64,000 nucleotides of DNA, from contig JAUCBJ010001154.1 of NCBI GenBank assembly GCA_032718475.1, positions 1 to 64,000 of the forward strand, read 5' to 3'. Below are positions 15,001 through 25,481 of this stretch, piece after piece; position 1 is the first letter of the stretch, and the number at the start of each line of letters is the position of its first letter. The translations under genes and the position numbers were made by a program. Below the pieces are notes generated by a model. It saw nothing but the letters and a program-made list of their open reading frames with translations, had not been told where the DNA came from and did no database searches. Source of the DNA: Nemertoderma westbladi. Lineage: Eukaryota > Animalia > Xenacoelomorpha.

Positions 15001-17845
15001 TCTGGTATAAAGTTCTACACTAGCTACTCTAATGCAACAAGGTAAGTTTGGTAAAGTTCTACACTAGCTACTTTAATGCAACAAGGTGAGTCTGATAAAG
15101 TTCTACACTAGCTACTCTAATGCAACAAGGTGAGTCTGATAAAGTTCTACACTAGCTACTCTAATGCAACAAGGTGAGTCTGATAAAGTTCTATACTAGC
15201 TACTCTAATGCAACAAGGTGAGTCTGATAAAGTTATACAATAGCTACTCTAATGCAACAAGGTGAGTCTGGTAAAGTTCTACACTAGCTACTCTAATGCA
15301 ACAAGGTGAGTCTGATAAAGTTCAACACTAACTACTCTAATGCAACAAGGTGAGTCTGATAAAGTTCAACACTAACTACTCTAATGCAACAAGGTAAGTC
15401 TGGTTTAAAGTTCTACACTAGCTACTCTAATGCAACAAGGTAAGTTTGGTAAAGTTCTACACTAGCTACTTTAATGCAACAAGGTGAGTCTGATAAAGTT
15501 CTACACTAGCTACTCTAATGCAACAAGGTAAGTTTGGTAAAGTTCTACACTAGCTACTTTAATGCAACAAGGTGAGTCTGATAAAGTTCTACACTAGCTA
15601 CTCTAATGCAACAAGGTAAGTTTGGTAAAGTTCTACACTAGCTACTCTAATGCAACAAGGTGAGTCTGATAAAGTTCAACACTAACTACTCTAATGCAAC
15701 AAGGTAAGTCTGGTATAAAGTTCTACACTAGCTACTCTAATGCAACAAGGTAAGTTTGGTAAAGTTCTACACTAGCTACTTTAATGCAACAAGGTGAGTC
15801 TGATAAAGTTCTACACTAGCTACTCTAATGCAACAAGGTGAGTCTGATAAAGTTCTACACTAGCTACTCTAATGCAACAAGGTGAGTCTGATAAAGTTCT
15901 ATACTAGCTACTCTAATGCAACAAGGTGAGTCTGATAAAGTTATACAATAGCTACTCTAATGCAACAAGGTGAGTCTGGTAAAGTTCTACACTAGCTACT
16001 CTAATGCAACAAGGTGAGTCTGATAAAGTTCAACACTAACTACTCTAATGCAACAAGGTAAGTCTGGTATAAAGTTCTACACTAGCTACTCTAATGCAAC
16101 AAGGTAAGTTTGGTAAAGTTCTACACTAGCTACTCTAATGCAACAAGGTGAGTCTGATAAAGTTCAACACTAACTACTCTAATGCAACAAGGTAAGTCTG
16201 GTAAAGTTCTACACTAGCTACTCTAATGCAACAAGGTAAGTTTGGTAAAGTTCTACACTAGCTACTCTAATGCAACAAGGTAAGTTTGATAAAGTTCTAC
16301 ACTAGCTACTTTAATGCAACAAGGTGAGTCTGATAAAGTTCTACACTAGCTACTCTAATGCAACAAGGTGAGTCTGATAAAGTTCTACACTAGCTACTCT
16401 AATGCAACAAGGTAAGTTTGATAAAGTTCTACACTAGCTACTTTAATGCAACAAGGTGAGTCTGATAAAGTTCTACACTAGCTACTCTAATGCAACAAGG
16501 TGAGTCTGATAAAGTTCTACACTAGCTACTCTAATGCAACAAGGTAAGTTTGGTAAAGTTCTACACTAGCTACTTTAATGCAACAAGGTGAGTCTGATAA
16601 AGTTCTACACTAACTACTCTAATGCAACAAGGTAAGTCTGGTAAAGTTCTACACTAGCTACTGTAATGCAACAAGGTGAGTCTGATAAAGTTCTACACTA
16701 GCTACTCTAATGCAACAAGGTAAGTTTGATAAAGTTCTACACTAGCTACTTTAATGCAACAAGGTGAGTCTGATAAAGTTCTACACTAGCTACTCTAATG
16801 CAACAAGGTGAGTCTGATAAAGTTCTACACTAGCTACTCTAATGCAACAAGGTAAGTTTGGTAAAGTTCTACACTAGCTACTTTAATGCAACAAGGTGAG
16901 TCTGATAAAGTTCTACACTAACTACTCTAATGCAACAAGGTAAGTCTGGTAAAGTTCTACACTAGCTACTGTAATGCAACAAGGTGAGTCTGATAAAGTT
17001 CTACACTAGCTACTCTAATGCAACAAGGTGAGTCTGATAAAGTTCTACACTAGCTACTCTAATGCAACAAGGTGAGTCTGATAAAGTTCTACACTAGCTA
17101 CTCTAATGCAACAAGGTAAGTTTGGTAAAGTTCTACACTAGCTACTTTAATGCAACAAGGTGAGTCTGATAAAGTTCTACACTAGCTACTCTAATGCAAC
17201 AAGGTGAGTCTGATAAAGTTCTACACTAGCTACTGTAATGCAACAAGGTGAGTCTGATAAAGTTCTACACTAGCTACTCTAATGCAACAAGGTAAGTTTG
17301 GTAAAGTTCTACACTAGCTACTTTAATGCAACAAGGTGAGTCTGATAAAGTTCTACACTAGCTACTCTAATGCAACAAGGTGCGTCTGATAAAGTTCTAC
17401 ACTAGCTACTGTAATGCAACAAGGTGAGTCTGATAAAGTTCTACACTAGCTACTCTAATGCAACAAGGTAAGTTTGGTAAAGATCTACACTAGCTACTTT
17501 AATGCAACAAGGTGAGTCTGATAAAGTTCTACACTAGCTACTCTAATGCAACAAGGTGAGTCTGATAAAGTTCTACACTAGCTACTCTAATGCAACAAGG
17601 TGAGTCTGATAAAGTTATACAATAGCTACTCTAATGCAACAAGGTGAGTCTGGTAAAGTTCTACACTAGCTACTCTAATGCAACAAGGTAAGTTTGGTAA
17701 AGTTCTACACTAGCTACTTTAATGCAACAAGGTGAGTCTGATAAAGTTCAACACTAACTACTCTAATGCAACAAGGTAAGTCTGGTAAAGTTCAACACTA
17801 GCTACTCTAGTACAACAAGTACAGGGTGGTAAAGTGTAACACTAT
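1..17845 (+). repeat. 44-bp tandem satellite (~405 copies, begins upstream of the window); the unit is the 3' end of the iGluR M2 pore-loop exon plus its 5' splice site
   Basis: Consensus AGTTCTACACTAGCTACTCTAATGCAACAAG|GT(G/A)AGT(C/T)TG(G/A)TAA with period 44. ACA CTA GCT ACT CTA ATG CAA CAA G reads TLATLMQQG and is followed by GTGAGT or GTAAGT. The last unit is degenerate at ~17790-17845. Confidence 0.97.
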
Positions 17846-18988
17846 ATAGTTTCTTCGGGAGACACCAATACCGACACAAAAATAGTCCCAGTCGACAAAG
17901 TATGTTAATTAAGGAAGTTCCGAGACTTCCGCATATAATTACCGAGTTGTCTTATATCGAACACCCTGGAACTGGTGCATACGTTAGATTGACTGCAGCT
18001 CCGCCACTCTATTTAATTGCACTACTCAGTTACGGAACGGAGTTCGTGAAATGTACATCACTTGAAAAAACTTAATAGTTTCTACCTGACATTCCGTAAG
18101 GGCTGACCTCGTGTAGATTGCCGATAAATTGGCATTTTCTTCCACAGGCAATTTGACAACTGTATGTCAAACCGCGATTAACCGGGATATTCAAGGTGTT
18201 TATATTATCCCGGTTTGCCGCACCATGTCCTGGAATATAGTATCTTTATTTAGTTACCTGCCCTCCTCCCTTCTCTACCTCCTTTTCGATTTAATTTCAA
18301 TCTATAATGCACCACCGGTCTTGGTTGTTACCTGAAATGCTCGAAGGGCGCCATCCTAACTCCCAGGGTTGAACACTCACGAGCTATTAATTCCATATAA
18401 TACTACGTGACATTTTGTTTACTTTTTTATTTTTTACAAAATATATTATTATATTGGATAAGTTTATTACCTCTTATATATTGGATAAATATAATGACTG
18501 ATTATGTCGTATATTGTCGATCGATTTTTTATTATACTCGCCCACAAAATATCAAACCAGTTGTTATCATTGAATTACAATTGGGTAAAAATACAATATA
18601 AACATATAAATAGAAATAAGTTATGAGAACACAATACTAGATTTTATGTCACTATAATCACCTATACAACTGACTGACACAGTAAAATTTTACAACATGA
18701 ATACTGTCGATGAAAACTGAAAGTAATTATAATACGACTTACATTCAGTAAGAATTGTATGTAGTAGTTCACCAAGTGTCACATGCAAATTTAAATTAAT
18801 TTGGTAGAATGTTTGCAATTTATATGACTTTAAAGCTACGATGTTAAAGAAACAAGTTGTGATGTCACATAAATTGATGATGGATTGATACGATAAATTA
18901 TACTTTGATTTTTGACGGCCTGCACATTTTTGTAAGATACAAAATTTATATCCTGTGCTTTTGTATCTCGTAGACGTGATTATTAATA

Positions 18989-21358
18989 GCTTTGTGATAC
19001 TCCACCAGTGCGGGTGCTCTGAGTCGCTTTGTGATACTCCAACAGTGCGGCTGCTCTGAGTCGCTTTGCGACACTCCACCAGTGCGGGTGCTCTGAGTCG
19101 CTTTGTGATACTCCACCAGTGCGGGTGCTCTGAGTCGCTTTGTGATACTCCAACAGTGCGGGTGCTCTGAGTCGCTTTGTGATACTCCACCAGTGCGGGT
19201 GCTCTGAGTCGCTTTGTGACACTCCAACAGTGCGGCTGCTCTGAGTCGCTTTGTGACACTCCACCAGTGCGGTTGCTCTGAGTCGCTTTGTGATACTCCA
19301 CCAGTGCGGGTGCTCTGAGTCGCTTTGTGATACTCCACCAGTGCGGGTGCTCTGAGTCGCTTTGTGATACTCCACCAGTGTGGGTGCTCTGAGTCGCTTT
19401 GTGATACTCCACCAGTGCGGGTGCTCTGAGGCGCTTTGTGATACTCCACCAGTGAGGGTGCTCTGAGTCGCTTTGTGATACTCCACCAGTGCGGGTGCTC
19501 TGAGTCGCTTTGTGATACTCCACCAGTGCGGGTGCTCTGAGTCGCTTTGTGATACTCCAACAGTGCGATTGCTCTGAGTCGCTTTGTGATACTCTACCAG
19601 TGCGGGTGATCTGAGTCGCTTTGTGATACTCCAACAGTGCGGGTGCTCTGAGTCGCTTTGTGATACTCCACCAGTGCGGGTGCTCTGAGTCGCTTTGTGA
19701 TACTCCACCAGTGCGGGTGCTCTGAGTTGCTTTGTGATACGCCAACAGTGCGGGTGCTCTGAGTCGCTATATGATACTCCAACAGTGCGGGTGCTCTGAG
19801 TCGCTTTGTGATACTCCAACAGTGCGGGTGCTCTGAGTCGCTTTGTGATACTCCACCAGTGCGGGTGCTCTGAGTCGCTTTGTGATACTCCACCAGTGCG
19901 GGTGCTCTGAGTCGCTTTGTGATACTCCACCAGTGCGGGTGCTCTGAGTCGCTTTGTGATACTCCACCAGTGCGGGTGCTCTGAGTCGCTTTGTGATACT
20001 CCACCAGTGCGGGTGCTCTGAGTCGCCTTGTGATACTCCACCAGTGCGGGTGCTCTGAGTCGCTTTGTGATACTCCACCACTGCGGGTGCTCTGAGTCGC
20101 TTTGTGATACTCCACCAGTGCGGGTGCTCTGAGTCGCTTTGTGATACTCTATCAGTGCGGGTGCTCTGAGTCGCTTTGTGACACTCCAACAGTGCGGCTG
20201 CTCTGAGTCGCTTTGTGACACTCCACCAGTGCGGTTGCTCTGAGTCTCTTTGTGATACTCCACCAGTGCGGGTGCTCTGAGTCGCTTTGTGATACTCCAC
20301 CAGTGCGGGTGCTCTGAGTCGCTTTGTGATACTCCACCAGTGTGGGTGCTCTGAGTCGCTTTGTGATACTCCACCAGTGCGGGTGCTCTGAGGCGCTTTG
20401 TGATACTCCACCAGTGAGGGTGCTCTGAGTCGCTTTGTGATACTCCTCCAGTGCGGGTGCTCTGAGTCGCTTTGTGATACTCCACCAGTGCGGGTGCTCT
20501 GAGTCGCTTTGTGATACTCCAACAGTGCGGTTGCTCTGAGTCGCTTTGTGATACTCCACCAGTGCGGGTGATCTGAGTCGCTTTGTGATACTCCAACAGT
20601 GCGGGTGCTCTGAGTCGCTTTGTGATACTCCACCAGTGCGGGTGCTCTGAGTTGCTTTGTGATACTCCACCAGTGCGGGTGCTCTGAGTTGCTTTGTGAT
20701 ACGCCAACAGTGCGGGTGTTCTGAGTCGCTGTATGATACTCCAACAGTGCGGGTGCTCTGAGTCGCTTTGTGATACTCCAACAGTGCGGGTGCTCTGAGT
20801 CGCTTTGTGATACTCCACCAGTGCGGGTGCTCTGAGTCGCTTTGTGATACTCCACCAGTGCGGGTGCTCTGAGTGGCTTTGTGATACTCCACCAGTGCGG
20901 GTGCTCTGAGTCGCTTTGTGATACTCCACCAGTGCGGGTGCTCTGAGTCGCTTTGTGATACTCCACAAGTGCGGGTGCTCTGAGTCGCTTTGTGATACTC
21001 CACCAGTGCGGGTGCTCTGAGTCGCTTTGTGATACTCCACCACTGCGGGTGCTCTGAGTCGCTTTGTGATACTCCACCAGTGCGGGTGCTCTGAGTCGCT
21101 TTGTGATACTCTATCAGTGCGCGTGCTCTGAGTCGCTTTGTGATACTCCACCAGTGCGGGTGCTCTGAGTCGCTTTGTGATACTCCAACAGTGCGGGTGC
21201 TCTGAGTCGCTTTGTGATACTCCAACATTGCGGGTGCTCTGAGTCGCTTTGTGATACTCCACCAGTGCGGGTGCTCTGAGTCGCTTTGTGATACTCCACC
21301 AGTGCGGGTGCTCTGAGTCGCTTTGTGATACTCCACCAGTGAGGGTGCTCTGAGTCGC
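18989..21358. repeat. 37-bp GC-rich tandem minisatellite (~64 copies) with a 26-unit (962 bp) higher-order period, intronic
   Basis: Unit GCTTTGTGATACTCCACCAGTGCGGGTGCTCTGAGTC, with GAGTC at 19021 and 19058. The rare variant GAGGCG recurs at 19428 and 20390 (962 = 26x37). Confidence 0.97.
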
Positions 21359-22304
21359 GTTGTCATACAGTAAAATATGTTACTCAATCGGGACGGCAGA
21401 AAATATGCTGCTCTCTTCATCTTTATACTTTATGACGTTTGGGTCTTTGAGCGAAATTTAGTAAATTTATGAGCTATTTATGAATAAAAATTCATAGTGG
21501 ATGTTTGTATTAAATGTTTGTTTGTTATGTCATGTCATGTTATGTTTGTTTGTATTTTCATTTTTAAAGAGTTAAAATTATAAAATATATAAAGAGTCCT
21601 CCTCTGCGTCAACCTTTAAACGTGCACTATATTTATATGCACTGGACCACTCCAAAATGTTTCAATATCCTACCAAATTTATCCCATTATACTTGGGTCC
21701 TGTCTATCTATTTATTATTTTGTGTGGTACGGTAGAAACCTTAACCCATGGTGGTAAAATAAACGTCCTTATTTCAATATATAAAGAGTTAACTATACTT
21801 TGTTGCTTCTAAGCGTGCTGCGATACGTCGAAAATGGAAGAGGAATCTGGGGAATCGTTGCGATCTGAACAACACAAATTTGGATTTTCAAATAGTATAT
21901 GGTTCGCTCTTTCTGCGGCCTTGAGACAAAGTATGTTGAAAACTCTGCACAACCTTTATCTCTATGCCGCATAACTGCATATGGTAGAGTGGCTTTAGTT
22001 CTCAATCACAGATAATATTTGTTACTTATTGTATCAGCATGCAGATCCTTGCATTACTGTATGCGTGGCGGCAATGACCTCTTAGACCTACATGACCAAC
22101 TAACTGCACCACCAAATCTTACGCGTACACCCACTTCACACGCACATCAACCTTGTTTATTCATGTCTTTTAACCCGTATAATTCTGTAGAGACCCTAAA
22201 TGTAAGCACATGGGTGAAGTTGAGCATGTTGGTTTGGTTTCGTGTCGGTGTCTTATATATATCGGAATAATAATTTATCATATTTTTCCTGTTTAGTTTG
22301 TACC

Positions 22305-22672
22305 AAACTAGCTAACATACACAGTTATACATACATACATACACCCCGATGCTACCAGGTTTCACACCAGGCGATACAATACTCACTTGATAAACGAGGC
22401 ATTTTACAATCTCGGTAGTAACATCCTATTGCAAAACCCAGCACCACCCCGCGGGATCAACGTATAATAATTTCCGGCCACTGTCATCGTATAACTGACA
22501 AGCCTGTACGTGATCTTGTTGTATGTCAGCCGGCTGTAAATATAAAACATGGTGGTCAGCCACTGACGTCTGGTTAATATAGATTAATTCGGGATTTACA
22601 AGGCTGATCGCGAATTGTGGCGGTGGTGTTGCGTTGAGGCCTACCCGCGATTACATCCCATTCGTGTAGCCG

Positions 22673-22708
<36 letters not shown>

Positions 22709-22730
22709 CATTAACAGTAGTTCAGCTAGT
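22305..22730. repeat. Degenerate fold-back element bounded by inverted (TACA)n/(TGTA)n microsatellites, possible old MITE
   Basis: (TACA)n at ~22328-22343 faces (TGTA)n at ~22676-22707, with outer CTAGCT...AGCTAG. Inner imperfect inverted matches include CGCGGG..TCAACG vs CGTTGA..CCCGCG, and CCGGCCAC..AGCCTGTA vs TACAAGGCT..GTGGCGG. Confidence 0.45.
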
Positions 22731-24349
22731 ATAGTTTCTAGTCATATAATATACACCACACCATCACGGGTAAAAATGTAGTGTCTCTTTCTGATGACAC
22801 GCCAACTTATATTTTTTCTACAAATTTTTTTGTCATATTGCTTAAAATAGTGAAATGTTCAACTCAACGTCTTGGTTACAACGCACCCAGTATTCTAGAT
22901 TTTGCGTGCGAAGATTTTCAGGCCTTTTTTAAAGTGTTATCCTACCTGTTATTCGTCACATTAGGATTAGGGATTCCGCTTCTATCACTAAATGACACCA
23001 TATTACCGGTCATGGTGTTGGTGTGTATGTAAAGAAAGCTATTGTGATTATTGCTTGGTTTGTTAAGAAGCAATTGTTTAGAATTTTGTTCCAGCAATAA
23101 AAAATCATAACTCTGAAATAAATTAAAAATGCAACTAAATCAAAAAATATAATTAGGTAAATGTAATCGGTTTTGTGTTCCAAGGAATTACATAGAGGCT
23201 AATCTTAATTGATTTTTATCCATCGAACTCAAATTGTATTAAATTGAAATTGGTGGATTTTATTTTCTGCCGTTGCCGAGTTGTGTTCTGCACGTTTCCT
23301 CTATTGTTTAGACTAAATAATTATTTATTCCGCTCTTTATTACACACCTTATTCCACCTATAATTGTAATTTATACATATTTATTCTGAAACGCCCCCTC
23401 TATTGAATCGCCTTGTGTTATTTCAATGAAAAAAAATAAGAAATGTTCTGTAAACTCAGCTCGCTCAAACCACACATTTAACGCAATTGACACCTTTTTT
23501 TTCCAATATTTTTAAACGGTAAATATTTTTGAGTCTTAATGACAAATGGATGGGTATATTGGATATTGGATCTTTATAATGTATTGTATATAGGCGACAA
23601 CTTTATTATTATAAATTTTGCAGCGGATCAATTTGCGATTTGCAATGGCTTATTGAAGCAGCATCTATTACAGAAAATTTATTGGTGGTATTGGTATTGG
23701 TGCCTTTAACAGATCTATGCAATAGGTATTTACTATGTATTAGATTTAGTCCAATGCTAACATGTTATTGAAACCTGACTGGAATTATATGTTTTGTGTT
23801 ATTTTAGTAGGTAATACGATTGTCATCAATAATCATACGATTGATGGGCATTTTAAAAGAGCGAGAAACGTTTTTAACAGTTCAGTCATTGCTTCCATGT
23901 GTTTTGTAAAAATTGCTGAATATTTACAAAGTTTACATGCGTTCGACTGTAGTTAAAACGTTAATGTGATAAATCATAGACACAGTAAGTAATCAAGTTT
24001 TCAGTATTATGATTAACGATTAACGCGGCATACATATTGTACATGATCGGCCCCATCTATATGGTGCAATACTGACGAACCAGAAACAAAGCCATCTCAA
24101 ACCACTCGGTGATCCAAACACTTTAAGAGTTCGGTGAAGTTCTCATGGCCAATGTCCTCGATTTACCGGCAAAGGATAGTTATTGGCCGGCTACCGTGCC
24201 AGTTCAAGCTGAGACAGACTGATCTCCCCGGCGGTATGAGTGTCCAGTCCATTGATCATGGTATCAAATCAGTGAGTGACAGCCCAGGACAGCCATAGAG
24301 CAGCACATATCTGTACAAACCAGAAGGTCGCCAAAGTGCTTTGCGAGGC

Positions 24350-24367
24350 GGGGGGGGGGGGGGGGGG
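24350..24367 (+). repeat. Poly-G homopolymer (18 G)
   Basis: Directly visible G run about 230 bp upstream of the exon acceptor at 24600. Confidence 0.9.
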
Positions 24368-24600
24368 TAATCTCTACTAATTAACAAAGTTGTAACAAAT
24401 TGAATTATTATCAATTGAAGGAAAGGAGCAGGTTTCAGTGTCATATTTCTAACCAAAATAAATATAAACGCGCGATTTCATTTGCGATGAATATTGATTG
24501 CGTCACGAAACCCCTGTACATATCTAAATTATTATCCCGCCGATATTGTATTTCCGTTCGTACAACGCATTATCGCATTTACATTACGTTTGTGTTTCAG

Positions 24601-25096
24601 GTTGCGACTATCACCCTAAAACGTTATCTTCTCGGATTCTCGGCGCCTTTTGGTGGTTGTTCACAATGATCGTTATATCCACTTACACGGCCAATCTAGC
24701 GGCGTTCCTTACGTCCAGTCGTATGGAGACCCCGATAGACTCCCTGGAGGACCTAGTCGGGCAGCGAGTAATCACTTACGGTACAGTCAAGGATTCCCCC
24801 ATACACAACGCCTTCCAAGAACAAAAACAGATGAACCCAATATACGAGAGCATCGCCATATACTTTGAGGACAACCCAGAAGTCTTAGTTGAAACTGCCG
24901 CCGAGGGTTATAAGAAAGTGTTAAATTCCACGACCAATAAGAACGAGAAGTACGCGTTCATGTGGGATGAAGCGATCCACGATTATAAAATGACGCAGAA
25001 CTGTAACTATAAGACAGTCGGGAAACCTTTCCTACTCAAAGGATACGGTATAGCTATGCAAAAAGGCTCGCCATATCGGGAAAATATGTCGTGGGC
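24601..25096 (+). CDS. Ionotropic glutamate receptor (non-NMDA, AMPA/kainate/delta-type) internal exon: M2-M3 linker, M3 gating helix, most of the S2 ligand-binding lobe
   Basis: Acceptor tttgtgtttcag| at 24600 and donor |gtaagt at 25097. Translation (G)[37 protein letters not shown]...YGTVKDS...YAFMWD...[13 protein letters not shown] contains the hallmark (S/T)YTANLAAF motif. The phase-1 start fits an upstream exon ending MQQG. Confidence 0.96.
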
Positions 25097-25145
25097 GTAA
25101 GTTTCATATTTTATTGTGTATATTGTAAGCCTAATTTGGTAGGGA

Positions 25146-25230
25146 TTAGCACCATCCATTAGATGTGTTTACTAAGCGTTTACTAAGCACCATTAGTTTG
25201 TGTTTACTAAGCACCATTAGCTTGTGTTTA
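25146..25230. repeat. Short nascent tandem repeat (~24 bp, ~3 copies) near the intron start
   Basis: TAAGCACCATTAG(T/C)TTGTGTTTAC repeated imperfectly, about 50 bp downstream of the donor at 25097. Confidence 0.7.
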
Positions 25231-25344
25231 CCCAACATAATCAAAAGACAAATATCAAAAGACAAAAATCAAAAGCGAAATAAAACTCATTACAGATAAA
25301 TTAATATTTTTTCAGATGTTTTTTCTAGAAAGCGTATAATTATT

Positions 25345-25481
25345 TATTGCATGGGTGAAAAAGTAGGACTTTTTTCACTATGCTTATTATATATATTATA
25401 TTTTATTTACCGAGCGTAGCAAGCTCAATAAAGATTTCAGAGCATAGTGAAAAAAGTCCTACGTTTTTTTCCTATGCAATA
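25345..25481. mobile_element. Small MITE-like palindromic element with ~40-bp terminal inverted repeats
   Basis: Left arm TATTGCATGGGTGAAAAAGTAGGACTTTTTTCACTATGCT; the right arm reverse complement is TATTGCATAGGAAAAAAACGTAGGACTTTTTTCACTATGCT. The spacer contains CCGAGCGTAGC. The inverted repeat is seen; mobility is inferred. Confidence 0.65.

Noticed and set aside
1-17810. Each unit parsed as a 29-nt micro-exon plus a 15-nt GT...AG intron (GTGAGTCTGGTAAAG)
   Set aside because: 15 nt is far below the animal minimum intron size, the other introns here are conventional, and joining 29-nt exons shifts frame into stops.
18340-18400. Minus-strand TGGCGCC as an LTR primer-binding site
   Set aside because: Only a 7-bp match, with no paired LTRs or gag/pol remnants visible.
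18690-21420. Long minus-strand ORFs (173-759 aa) as protein-coding genes
   Set aside because: All three frames give the same 37-aa periodic peptide because the 37-bp unit lacks stops on that strand. There is no frame preference or recognisable domain.
17846-24600. Editing-complementary sequence for the Q/R site
   Set aside because: I found no convincing reverse-complement copy of the 44-bp unit by eye, and the arrays are direct repeats. A computational search is still warranted.
24546-24600. N-terminal part of the 184-aa ORF ([18 protein letters not shown]) and the similar ORF starts at 26325 and 27983
   Set aside because: These lie upstream of clear acceptors and are intronic read-through, not start sites.
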